DNA of 63,545 nucleotides, counting the filler, from Reticulomyxa filosa (taxonomy: Eukaryota; Protista; Foraminifera): NCBI GenBank assembly GCA_000512085.1. It is 19 parts of 19 records of this genome, joined end to end, with 100 filler letters (N's around TTAATTAATTAA, not from the genome) between each part and the next. Parts side by side here need not be neighbours in the genome. Positions count along the whole stretch, not along the records: positions 23,566 to 28,799 come from ASPP01013469.1; positions 28,900 to 44,545 come from ASPP01002414.1; 17 more parts are not named here. One strand, given 5' to 3'. Both the position numbers and the translations under genes were made by a program. Of this stretch, positions 23,568-35,939 are shown piece by piece. Positions within the stretch are counted from its first letter, which is position 1. Every line of letters starts with the position of its first letter. The notes beneath the pieces were generated by a model. It saw only the letters and a list, made by a program, of their open reading frames with translations. It did not search any database and was not told the origin of the DNA.

Positions 23568-24695
23568 AGTGGTAGTAGTGGTGATTGGTCGTCCTCTTCC
23601 ACTGATAAATGGAATTGGGGAGGAAGCAGCTCCAATACCGGCACCAACACCAATGGTAGTTCAAACACTGGCAAGAGCTGGAATTGGGACTTTTCGTCTT
23701 CGTCTACTTCGACGCCGAGCTCCTCTGGAAATAGCTGGAGCTGGGATTGGGGTGGAACGAGCCAAAACAAACCGAAAGATCAAAGTCAAGACAAACAATC
23801 GAAACCACAGATCGGACCATGGGACTTTGGATCTGCATCTGCCAAATCCACACCTTCGTATACTGTCAATCAGATGCTCTATTTGTTACTACAAAAAAAT
23901 CCCTCTCAATTACTCGCAGACGACTCCAAACTGCTTGCGGATAACTCGCTCATTGACCCTTTGGAAAAAAAACGGTCGATTGCTTTCCCCGTTCCAATGA
24001 CTCAGTATTTGCGTTCGAAAAAAACGCAAACGTCCTCACATTCCATTACAAAGGACAAAGGCGAAAGAAAGGACCATTCAAGTCAATCTTCGCAATCTGA
24101 TTCATTAACACTTGCGACGCTGCCACTCCAAAGCCAATTGGAAAAGTCACTGTCCGAACAGGCCGTGTATCCACAACTCAACAATAAGGACTACTACTCC
24201 ATTCCGAGTATTACCTGCATTCGGAGCATGACCTTGGATCAACTAAGACAAGTATCCGATTTCACCATTGGAAACAAGTTTGGCAAAATCACTTTTCCTG
24301 GAAAAACTAATCTTTGTGGTGTTAATCTGGACGATGTCGTCACCATTCAATGGAAATCTGCTCGAGTGTATTACAAAAATAATATCAATATACCTCCTAT
24401 CGTTTCGTCTTTTCTATTTCTTTGCGTATTCATATCAAACTCATTGTTCAAAGTTCACTTTTTTACACAGGGCACAGGACTAAACAAATACGCAAAAGTC
24501 GAACTGTACCAGGTGTTTCCTCTTCCACCGCCAAATGCTGAAGAAGGGTGGAAACCAAGTCGAGCAGATATGCATCAATTGTCGTTGCAGTTGGAGTACT
24601 TGTGTTCCAAAGACGAAAATGCCACTTTTGACAGTTTTGATTTGAATCGAGGAATTTGGAAGTTTCATGTCCACCACTGGAATACTTTGGATTGA
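23568..24695 (+). CDS. NUP98: Nup98-family nucleoporin-like protein: Trp-rich low-complexity region + Nup98 autoproteolytic (peptidase S59) domain, 5' truncated
   Basis: The frame is open from 23568 into the 23874 ORF. The domain reads YYSIPSI...VSDFTIGNKFGKITFPGKTNL..VNLDDVVTI...PPI|GTGLNKYAKVEL...GIWKFHVHHW. A 69-bp GT-AG intron at 24402-24470 restores the PPxGxGLN motif. Confidence 0.9.
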   Translation, partial: SGSSGDWSSSSTDKWNWGGSSSNTGTNTNGSSNTGKSWNWDFSSSSTSTPSSSGNSWSWDWGGTSQNKPKDQSQDKQSKPQIGPWDFGSASAKSTPSYTVNQMLYLLLQKNPSQLLADDSKLLADNSLIDPLEKKRSIAFPVPMTQYLRSKKTQTSSHSITKDKGERKDHSSQSSQSDSLTLATLPLQSQLEKSLSEQAVYPQLNNKDYYSIPSITCIRSMTLDQLRQVSDFTIGNKFGKITFPGKTNLCGVNLDDVVTIQWKSARVYYKNNINIPPIVSSFLFLCVFISNSLFKVHFFTQGTGLNKYAKVELYQVFPLPPPNAEEGWKPSRADMHQLSLQLEYLCSKDENATFDSFDLNRGIWKFHVHHWNTLD

Positions 24696-25233
24696 CAAAA
24701 GACACCTCTCCTGCTACCTCTTTTGCAATAGGCTCTTGCTACTCCAAATCAAACACACTACTCAGTATTTTCAAAACAAAAGACAACTGCTCTTTTTTAA
24801 TCCACTTGCAAAAAATCCCAAATTGTCCAATCCGGAAACCTTTTTTGTTTGTTTAGTGATCAACATTCAGTAATACTTTTAAAAAATCAATTCAAAGTCC
24901 ATTGAACAAGAAAATAAAATATTATATCTAAAATGTAGAAAAATGGTTTCAGAGGAAGATCTCACTTGAAAGCAAGAGGCCTGGTGACTGCAAAAAATAA
25001 TAATGTACGAGCCACATTTATCAGAATTGGCAGAATATTTAGGCTGGGATTGTCCATTAAATGATTCTCACCAAGTAGCGCAGATTGCTCGAATTGTGGC
25101 CGAATATGCCGACGTTGAGCTTTTACTCTCGGTAGGCTTGACTGCACGCAAAAAAAAAAAAAAGTAAAATGTGTTAATACATGAGACTGCAAAATGAAAC
25201 AGCTCACATTCCGGTTTAATAGTTCCCGTGCGA

Positions 25234-27200
25234 TAATGTCGCACTATAATGCTGGGGACATATCTGCGGACGGTCAGTTGCTTGTTTTATACGGACTGAG
25301 TGGCTTTAGGTGTGCACTTGCCAGAGTGACACAATTCACAAACTCGCAAAGTTACGTAAAAACACAGCAACAAAATATACGTCAACTATGCACGAAAATG
25401 AACAAACAATCAATTGAAAGACGCGAACAAAGGCGCATACACAACCATCCCGATAAAGAAACCCTCTGTGATGTGTGCATGTGGAAGCGAAAGTGAAGAA
25501 AACGAGTGTTTGATCACATCGATTAAAGAAGACATTAATTGTTATTGGTTTGGCAACCAAAAATCAGTTACCATTTGGACGTCCTCCTGGGCTCGCATTA
25601 TCGACATTTGGAGACAAAATGCCAGCGTATACGTGTTTACTGCACCCAAGAAAGATATAATTGTTGGGGTCGAAGGTTTGAACAGTCTCTATGAGTGCAT
25701 ATTTCATTGAATTATTTTTTTTTTAAAAAAAAGAACAAAAACATTGCCAGGGCCCTCCGATCCGAGATGTGAACTGCTGCAACTGAGGTGTGGAAGCGCA
25801 CAAGAGGCTAAAGAAGGAGGTGGTGCGCGATTGTTGTCAAAATGGAATTTTAGGTTGCCAGAGTCTCAGAGATCGACGCCGAGCGGTCCGTTTGTGTTGC
25901 CACGGCACTGTGCGCATTTTTTTGAAGACAAACAGGCACTGATTTTTGTCACAGCCCAAAAAATGAGAGAAAAAAATATAAGAGAAAGAGAAAGAAGCGA
26001 AATATCAGAACTGGCCAAAGTGATTGGCGGATGGAAGATCTCATTATGTATTGTTTCCCCTGAGGCTAAAAATAAACCCAAAAACACAACCTCAACAACG
26101 AATACCAATAAATCACGTTCTCCACTCGCCAATCTCGCTTCTAGTGTAACAGACGAAATTGTTGACGAAGAGAAAAACGAGAAATCAAATACCAGCTATA
26201 AAACCAAAACCAGTGTAGTAACTACCCAATTTGATAAAATGTTCATTTTTTGAGTGTTCTTTCAAACCATGAGTATATGCATATATTATTACACGTTTGT
26301 ACACATCATTACACATCATTACACACCATTACATATCCGCACAGAAGACACTATCGAGCGCCAGAGATCGCTCAGCGGGGGTGCAATTCCAGAGATATCA
26401 CCAAAACCGACCCGTTCACAAAGAAGGACTATTGAAGCGAAATCCACAAGTTCTAATTCCTCTCCGCACTCGTTATCTCCAATAACAAGAAGTCGAAATA
26501 CGAGTGTAACGTCTCCTACTGGTTTTCATGAGAATATCAAGTCTCATTGGTCTGGTTAATTTTGTATTTACATATACATATGTATATATTTTTGTTATCC
26601 CCTTTTTTTTTTGTTTTGTTGGAATTAATGTCAATGATAGAACCTGCCAAACGCGTCCATGAGCTAAAGATTCCCAAAGAAGTCAAAGAGTTGTTTGAAC
26701 ATTGTCGGTGTCACTATATATTTTTTCATCAACTCTCAGGTAGCTTGGTCTTGCTCTTGCGCAAGACTGAAGAATCGATTTTGCTAATGGAAGAGTTGGT
26801 AGAATTTCGTAAGCATCTTATGGCCATCTATTCCTCAGTGGAACTGAGTAAGCGCACTTACGGACGCATTGCCGTCAAGATTGATCTCAATTTAGATAAT
26901 CCCCCACACTTCACCATTGAAAGCATAAGTATTGGAGCTGTTAAAATTCCAGAAGAGAAATGCAAGATACTGTGCTATGATCAAAAGAGAGCAGCGATCG
27001 TCTTAGATACCTTAACTGTCACTGAGAAACCTGACAAATCTTCCAAACCCACAAATATCCAAAAAAAATCTGACAAACCTCTGACCAAATACACCACAAA
27101 TGTCCAAAAAAAATCTGACAAACCTCTGACCAAATACACTACAAATATCCGAGTAATCCGATTGAATGATCTCATTTATCAGTGGAAGCGTTTGTATTGA
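25234..27200 (+). CDS. Hypothetical multi-exon protein
   Basis: Successive exon-like ORFs (~25234-25355, ~25489-25675, 25751-~26240, ~26345-26520, ~26640-27200) separated by AT-rich intron-like gaps; no family recognised. Confidence 0.6.
27051..27150 (+). repeat. 45-bp in-frame tandem duplication (~2.2 copies)
   Basis: The unit ACAAAT(A/G)TCCAAAAAAAATCTGACAAACCTCTGACCAAATACAC(C/T) starts at 27051, 27096 and 27141 and encodes TN(I/V)QKKSDKPLTKYT. Confidence 0.95.
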
Positions 27201-27542
27201 TATTGTGTGATGATTTGTGTTGTCTAAATCTTTGATCTTGCACTTTTCATGATAATATCTAGTTTTCATTTTTGACACAGGAGAATTACTCTATTTTTTA
27301 GAGGATATGATTTTAGTTTTTTATTTGTTAATATAATCAAAATATATTTTGGATATTATTTGAAAAATTTGTACATAAATCGACATTTGTTTTAAAGAAC
27401 AATTATCATATCCAATGAATATTCATCATTAATGCATTCTTTTTAGTTTTTGGAATGACAAATTTATTGATTTTGGAACTGTTTTGAAATAATAATTTAG
27501 TTTAATTTATGATCTTTTTCTACATTCTTTTATTGTTTAGAT

Positions 27543-27763
27543 TGTAAGAGGTAATGCGTTGAGAAAAAGGTGCGCTAAAAGTAACCGAAAAGTTTACTAT
27601 CTTAGCAAATCTTCTACAGAAAGTGATATTAAGTCAAGAAAAAGAACAGTTAACCAAACAACCAAGACAAACAGGAGAAAGTGAGCAGTAAGCTGTGTAG
27701 GTGAAAAAAGGGGGATTCAAGGTTAACTTGAATCTCACTATCAATTGGTAGTCTCATCCTACA
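27543..27763. mobile_element. Solo-LTR-like or short TG...CA element, 221 bp, 4-bp TSD AGAT
   Basis: AGAT|TGTAAGA...TCCTACA|AGAT with imperfect terminal inverted repeats. It shares GTAATGCG, TCAAGAAA, CAAGACAAA and ATCCTACA, in the same order, with 35940-36158. Confidence 0.75.
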
Positions 27764-28944
27764 AGATTAACATTCAGTTCATTTATTATTTGTTTTCATT
27801 TTTTCTATTTAATATATTTTCTCAAATTCTGATCTGATTTACTGAAAAACTATTGAAAGCAGATTTCATCTTTCTCTAAAATTATTTAGTAATATTTTCT
27901 TGAGTTTGTGATTTTCAGATTATTTGTTTCTATTTTCTATTATAAAGTACAGGGAATGCAAAAGAAAGCTTACACATAAAACGGCATTTTATATAATTGT
28001 AGTTCGATATTTTAGTTTTTTAATTTTTTTTGAAAATTGCTAAAGGATTTAGAATTTTAACAAAAGATGTGCTGTTGCGTTAGTACTGGAGTTTGCTCGA
28101 AGTTATAAAAAAATTTAGTGTAAGTCATGAATATTTGCGTAAATGAAAGTTTACGTTCAATAATAAAACATCAAAATTAGTTTTGAAATCATAATAGTTG
28201 GTCTTGCTTTGTAGTGTTAGTACATAATTATGCATCTAACATTAATTTATTTGTCAATAAAATATTTACAAAGAAGTTCTAGTTGATGAAATGCTCAAAA
28301 AGTATTAATTAATGTTTAGGAGATAATGAAAATTGAATATTTCGTCAAGATAATACCACTAACCACACAGCAATTACAGCAAAAGAATGTTTTGAACAAA
28401 ATAATATAAAATTATTATATTTCAATCTAAATTCTCCATACATAAACAAATCGAAAATCTGTGTTGGATAGTGAAAATAAAAATATTCAAAAATAGACAA
28501 TGCAGGTCAAAAGAAGAATTTGTAAACAATTTGAATTAGAATGTGAAAAAATTAACAATAAATATGCACAAACTTAACAAAGCATTGTACAATGCAAAAA
28601 GTGGTTTAACCAAATGTTAATTTTCATTAAAAACAATATTAACACATTTCTTATGCTTTTGAATTAGCTTGATTTGTTTGTCATTGGACAAAAAAAAGCA
28701 AAAAGAATTATAGATAATTAAAGACAAAGAAAGCAGTCAAAAACAATCATGCCCTCACAATGTACAAACTTTAAAAATAACAAACTCTGTAAAAAAAAAN
28801 NNNNNNNNNNNNNNNNNNNNNNNNNNNNNNNNNNNNNNNNNNNTTAATTAATTAANNNNNNNNNNNNNNNNNNNNNNNNNNNNNNNNNNNNNNNNNNNNC
28901 CCCTTTTTTTTTTTTTTTTTTTTTAATTAAACAAAAAAAAACAT

Positions 28945-30422
28945 ACCCAAATAAGCGCCTTGTTGGTACAACTTTTGAACGGCCTGAGACGTATCAGGGT
29001 ATTGAATTTTTTCTTTTGGTTTATTTTTATCGGGGAAAGCCAAAACGAAGTAATTTTCGTGATATTCGTCTTCATCGCTGTCACCATTTTTGAAATCATT
29101 TAAAATACTCGATTTACTTTTGCTTTTGTCTTCACTTGGCTCCCATAAAAACAATTCCCAAAATTCACAATATTTGGTGTTGTTCAAGCATTCACGATGT
29201 TGTAATGCGTAGTACACATCGAATTCATAGTCGCTCCTCGACACCTGCATTTCCACATCACGATCCATCGGAATTGCACTAAAAGAGACATCATCGGACC
29301 CAATGTTAATGTCATTAACCTCATTCACCACACGTTTTCCATCACCTTTCTTTTCTTTTTCCTCCTTCTCTTTCGTATTTTTTTCATTATCCTTTTTGTT
29401 ACCTGGAATGGCCAGTCCGGTTTCATTCTTTTTTGGTGAGGGCGCAGGGTTGCCGCCTTTGCCGTGTTTGCGATGTTTTCGATTGTTCTTTTTCGGTTGG
29501 CCGCTTTTGTTTTGTTCTTGTTCTTTCCCTTTTTCCTTCTCATTTTCAATTTCGTCCTCTTCTTCATTGTCATTGGCGTTCTCCTCTGTCGTTTCCTTTT
29601 TATCCGCATCTTTGTGTGTACGTTTTTTTTAATTAAATAATGAAAGCATTTGTTATCAAAAGAAAATTCCGACCCCTTTTGTGGACACTACCCAAAAAAA
29701 AAAGGAACGTTTTTTTTTTTTTGGTGCGCCCCACCCCGTTTGCAAAAAAAAAAAAATCATGCACGTGAAGACTTTTTTTTGTTATTTGCTAACCTTGAGA
29801 AAAACTTGATTCTGTCGAAAGGGAAGAAGCGCTGGCATTAGGGAGTGGTTGACCTTTGCGGGGAATCTTGAGTTGCATTGCGGTATATTGGAACCGGTTG
29901 ATGGTTTTGACCAACCTCGCAGAATAAAATTGATTTGTCCTTTCCAAATTTTCAATTAAATGCTTTTGTGACAACCACACAGACTCCACGTCCAAGGCCA
30001 TGCTTACAATCCATCTGACAAAATTTAGTGTATACGTTTTATGTACTATATTTTTTTTTAGTTTTTTCATATATTGTTTAGTTTAAAAAATTTACTGACT
30101 TTAGCTCTTTTCGAATAGCCTCCAAATGCTCTTTTGTTAAGACCACTTTGGAATCGGGACTCTCCAATCGACACAAATAACTTCTTCGGCGAAGAGACAG
30201 GCCATAACTTGATTGAATTATCAAATTGTACTGCGGAAAAACGCGAAAACAAGCCACTTGCAATAAAAATCCTAAAGTCAAACGGTACGTGGACTCTCCA
30301 CAAAACCTCGCTGGCAGCGAGTACTGAGGGATTGTTTCCGAAACGATGCCAACAAATGATGGGCGTCGTTGCAATGGAGGTCGTAGAATTTCACTGCCAC
30401 TTTTATGTTCTGTAGACGACAT
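28945..30422 (-). CDS. Hypothetical protein, 5' part (charged low-complexity middle region)
   Basis: Exons 30422-~30100, ~30015-29795 and ~29625-28945 with GT-AG-type gaps; truncated at the linker. Confidence 0.65.
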
Positions 30423-33319
30423 ACTTTTTTGCTCTCAAAAATTATTTTCGCTCCAAGCAAAACAAATTTTTTAACAGGTCTTGTACTCGGAACAAAAATG
30501 TGTTCTTCGGTATTCTGAAAATATGTGAGAGGCATTGCAGAAATGATATCAAAAAGATTACACGTCTAAGTAAGTGTAGCGCTTATCTTCAAGAGCGTTA
30601 AAAACTAGCTCTAAAAAGCATAGAAACTTGAAAATTTCAGAGTTAACACGTTTTATCATTGTAAAAGAAAAAATAATTTTTTTGCATCATTTTCAGAGAC
30701 TTTTGATAAAATTAATTGTAAAGTTCTTTTTTCTAAGAGAGTCCCTTTACTTTTTTTAGCTTTTACGAGTTTGTAAGATGTTCATAAGCAAAGATATTTT
30801 TCTTTTGGAAACGACTAAAAAACATTACCAAAGAAAAAATGAGCGCAAACACGCATGATTTTATCTGAACAAGAGTTTTGGTGCAACGAGAAAAACTGGC
30901 CACAGTCTTATTTATGCGGCATTGAACCGGAGCAATTGTGTTGTAAAGTTAATATCAATAAATTTACGCACACTATTTTTTTTGATGATTATCATACGTT
31001 CTGAAATTCTGCATTTGTTTCATCAATTGCAGAATGACGAAAACACTTTTTAGCTGTTTCTCTCTCTGAAATTTGCAGCAAATAAAATTTTCTTTATTGT
31101 TTATTTTTGTAAATGCAAATTTTTTGATGTATTGTTTGACAGCTACGGGGTTGCAAAATTGAACTAAAGATGGGTCTTCTGGCAATTACAACGTTTGCAC
31201 TAACAATCTTCAAAAAAGTTGTATTCTTAAAGTTTTTGATGCGAAAATTCGGTGTGCAATTTTTTTGTTTGATAAAATTGGATCAACAATATTTAACTTG
31301 CAAAAATAAAAATACATCTTGAAGTAAATTTTGCCAAAATGTTCTAGCTTCGAAAACTTATTTTTTTGACATTAATTGTATTTTTAATCAATCTTGAAAG
31401 TTAGTGATTTGCAAGAATTGCTCTTAATGTTTAGATCTTTTGAATTCTAGTTAGCCACAAAATGTAAGCAATAAGACATGGACTTCATTTTTGAAAACAA
31501 TGCGATATCAATTTTCACTGCTAGTTAAAGTTGTTTTTTTTATTAGTTACCATTTACTTGCACGCTTTTCTTTGAAAGCAAACTTATGTCAGACAGAAAA
31601 TCGATGTGATAAAATTAATCTAGTCCGAAATGTTCTTAAAAGGGGTCTAGTTCCATTTTTTTATTTTTTTTATCTGGCATCAGCTGGCCTCTTTCACTCT
31701 TTTCAAAGACAACGAAATATTCTTTTTCATTACCTGAAAGTTGAGTAAGTCGCGTACATTAAACTAATTGGATTCTCATATATATGACTTTACATTTTTT
31801 TTTGTTAAGTTGATAAACATTTGTTCGTCGTTATATTGAAACATAAAATGACTATTTACAATATATAGACTATAATTAAGTGTTTATGGTATTAACTAAC
31901 ACTTGTAGAATGTTTCTTTATGTCGGAAAGATGAAATCATATGATTGATATATTAAATTATTTGATAAAAATATTTGGTGAAGCTTCTGAGATAAACATA
32001 AGTTTATTTAAATTCCATTTATTTAGTATATTTAAAAACTCAAAAAGGAATACAATATCAATTACAATCTATTTTTTAGACGCCAAAACGCAAATTTGAA
32101 TAAGAACATGAAATTTGTCCAGTTGTAATAAGTCAACGGATATTAATGCAAAATTCACATTGAAACTATGGCAAGTAATGTTAACACTTGAATAACATTA
32201 TTTTGAGATTGACAGATTTAAATAGCACCAGTTGCCGACACTAGTAATTTTGAAAATGAGTTGTACAAAATAACTCATTGTTTCAATTTAGATTAAGCAT
32301 TTTTTTTGACCAAACTTCAAAAGTCCTTTTTTGTTTCTCTTTTTTTAAAAATAATTGTCGTTGACACTGCATTTTCTTTAAACAAATCAATGTGTCTTAT
32401 CAATCTTTTTTGCAAGTGTACAAATCTACAACATGTTATGAAGCTATTTGTTGGAAAATATCAGGTTAATACTCAGTAGATTAGCCGTGATAGTTGTAAA
32501 AAGATTGCATATATTGTACTTTTTAAAGCATCGTTTCTGAAAATTATTCTTTGCTTTTGATTACTTCCATGAAATCCCTACGTAAAAGTCATTGCAGAAC
32601 GTATAATTTAGTGCTGGTCAAGAAACAACTCGTTTTTATTATTTAAACTAATTCCTAACTTCTACGTAGTTTTTGTTTCTGCAACTAGTTCTTATTTTCA
32701 ATGTTTATACAAAATAGACCTGTCTGTAAAGTGGTTTATTTTGTTCGTTTCCGTCAGCGTTTTGTGAACGTGAGAAATCTAATCAAAATATTTTCTTAAA
32801 TTGACTGAATAAAATAGAGTCATTAAAAACATTCTATACATTATGTAAAGGTCGAATATTATTTAAAAACTTTTTGCACGCTTACATGTTTCTGAAAGTA
32901 GTGGAATATGAAAGGCTCATTGTTAATCAAAGGATATCGCATAAGCAAAACAAAGACCTTACGTTTTAGTATCTTTTGATGAAATCCACGACTGCACAAG
33001 ATAAAAAAAAGAAATAAACAAATTGCAAACATAAGTGTTTATTGTTGTTGCAAACGAGCTCAAACAACGTCACTATAAAAAAAGCAAACAACAAAAATCA
33101 CAAGAAAAAGAATTAAAAAACAGAACCTAACACACAATATAAATTAGCAGCCAAACATATGACAAATAAAAAAATTATTTTTTCCCCCTCTCTCGTTCTT
33201 ATTGCATACCAAAAAAAAGTAAATGTCAGATATCGATTTGTTATGTTTAGTGCTCAAAATCTCAACATCTCCTTTTTTTTTGCTCCGTGTGGTTCGTTTT
33301 TTTTTTTAATAAATTATGC

Positions 33320-34940
33320 TCAGGGAATAAGACCTCCATTTTTTAGATTAGAGCGAATAATAATATTTTGAACGTCCAAAAATACAGTCTTGATATTGTC
33401 TTGATCAGTGGCACAAGTAACATGACAATAAATGAGCCGTTCCTTGACCGTATTTCGTGTCACAAATAGAGTTTGGATAAACTCAATTGCTTGATCGGAG
33501 CACTGTTTGAAATGGATTTGGTCCTGTTCTGGGTCTTCTCTGGGTTCATAATCAATTCCATTCCACTGCTCTTCGTCCCTATCGTCAACGTTAAATATAT
33601 ATGTTACAAGAGCCATAATTTTGGGTAGGGAGGGGAGGATATATTGTTGAGCCGTATGCGTATGTGTTCGTGAGTGTTTGGAATGAAGAGTTTTTTATTT
33701 GCTGGAGTGTATATAATAGTAAAAAAACTTTTTTTTTTTTTTTTTTGGCAAACTATTCTCTTTTCACAAGATAAGCATACCATCCAGCATCTTGAGTAAA
33801 ACAAACACCCAATGGGACTTTTCGAATTTGTTCGTGGAATAAATCTTTCTTATTCAAGAACAATATTAGCTCTAAACGAAAACACACGTTACAAACCCAA
33901 GACGGTTTGGCAGACTTTATAATCTACATGTAGTATTTTTTTTTTTTTTTTTTGCAACGTAAAGCTGTTTTCCTCAAACCAGCTTTGTGAAATTCCTGGA
34001 TATTGGCATATTCTGTGAATAAACGTACAGCTTCGTGCATTGCGTTTTGTTGTTCATCTTCAAATAGAACACAATTGTAATGATTCAGCGCCGTCACAAA
34101 TATCACTCCTGATACGTTGTCAAAGTGGGTGATCCATTTTCGTCGTTCACTTCTCTGTCCTCCAACATCGGTGATTAGAAATGTTGTGTCTTGTTGCGTG
34201 TAAGTGTACGTCACAGCTCCTGTTTACTCACATCACAAAAGGCATATTAAAAGTTTTTTTTAAAAAAAGGGGGAACACAAAAAAAAAAAAAAAAGGGAAT
34301 ATTTTTTGGGGGGCAGAGGGAGAGATGAGGAAAAAAACTATGGAAAAAAAATTTAACCAGTGGTGCGCACTCGTGCCTTGAGAACTTCTTCTTCAGTCGG
34401 TAAGAATTTGGGATGCATAACAGTTTTTGCTCTTTCGAAAAAGTATTCCATGTTATCTTCAAATGCAAATTTTCCTCTTCTTGCAAAGGTCGCTTTAACT
34501 GCGGGCAGCTTCCATAAAAATGATATTGCATTTCCCAGGGCCACCAAGTCCTCTTCGGACGGTTCCACGTTTTCTCCAAATGTAAACTCTGAATTTTTTA
34601 ACAATAATTTTATGTATTCAACAGTTTCGGTTGTCTCCTCGATCAAACAATCGGCATTTTTTTCTTTGTCCATTTCGTAGAATGTTCGTGATTTCACTAA
34701 CAGCTTTGTCATAAGTTCAATCAACGTTTGTCTTATTACCCATGCTGTTTGCACTGCTACTCGTGGTTCTATCATCACTACCCCTTGACTGCGTTTCAAA
34801 TTTTTGAAAATTGTGGATTTACCACTAGCACCTATTCCTAGCAATAGTAATTTTCGCTCTTTGTCGTCTTTTTTGTGTTCGACATTCATCCGCTTTTCAA
34901 TCTCGTCATGTGCCGGATCAGTGGCAAGGCAACACCCCAT
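33320..34940 (-). CDS. Heterotrimeric G-protein alpha subunit
   Basis: MGCC lipidation start at 34940; G1 GIGASGKST, G2 RVRTTG, G3 DVGGQRSERRKW, G4 LFLNKKD and G5 TCATD; about four exons. Confidence 0.96.
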
Positions 34941-35939
34941 TCTTTGAGATTGATGGTTTTTTTTGACGCTTTGTCTTTTGATGTGCTTGAGCTGATCAAT
35001 AACCGAAAGCTCTGATTGTTGAAAGTTCCTTTTTTTTATCCTAGGGGAACTACGTCTAGTTTTTCGTATACTTTTCCCTCCTTGCTTGCGCATATGAGCA
35101 CTATTTGTAGCTTACTCCAATAATTGATCAGATCAAAACTAATAGCATTTAGAGCACTGAAATTTACAGGAAAGTTTGCTAAATTATTCTCTTACTTGGT
35201 TTTTTTGTAGCAATGCTACATTTTATTATCGGCCTGCTGCAACAAATTGACAATTTTTTCACTATGATTTCCATTTGCACTTATTCAATATCTGTTTGGG
35301 ATAGTGTTATGATATTATGCCAATGATTTTTTGTTTAAACTTATAGTTAAATAACTAGTTAACAAATTGATTGTAAACACTTTTAAATATTGTGGTATGA
35401 CTTTTACAACAATTATTATCTTTGTTTTATTCTTTTCTTTTGAAGCTGATCTCATGTTTTTATGTTTCGTCTCTACCTAACAAGACAATAAGCAATGTAT
35501 TTATACTTTAGCAGTTTGTTGTTACTAGTTTGTTTTCTTTCTAGATAATTCTTTGAGCAAATTGGTTTTCTTAAGTATAATATAACAATCTTACAATAAT
35601 TTCAATACATAAAGGATAATAAAATCAATTACATTGTTGTATTTATAAATGTTTAATTTGAAAATTTACAATATTAATAATGTGTAATAGGTTCAATTGA
35701 AAGTGTTATATTTCAAAAATTTCCAAAGGTGACAGTTTTCTTGATAATTAGTTGTTATTGTTGACAGCATTATCTTTCAATTGTTAAAATAACAAAGGAA
35801 AAAATTAGTTTGAAATATTGAAATAACCTTCGGATAAATATGTGTGAATCAATTTGTACAGGCTGTGAGTATTTGTTCTAGAACACCTCAAATAGTAATA
35901 ATCAAATAATTTGTTATTTTGCAATAAAGTGTAAACATT

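Noticed and set aside
27696-27763. Hammerhead-ribozyme-like three-stem layout on the minus strand (GATGAG..GAGA..TC)
   Set aside because: The core would read AGGAUGA and GAGA instead of CUGAUGA and GAAA, and stem I is not contiguous; the TG...CA element end explains it better.
34941-35093. N-terminal extension of G-alpha in the ORF track
   Set aside because: MGCC at 34940 is the typical myristoylation/palmitoylation start; the upstream part is likely 5' UTR.
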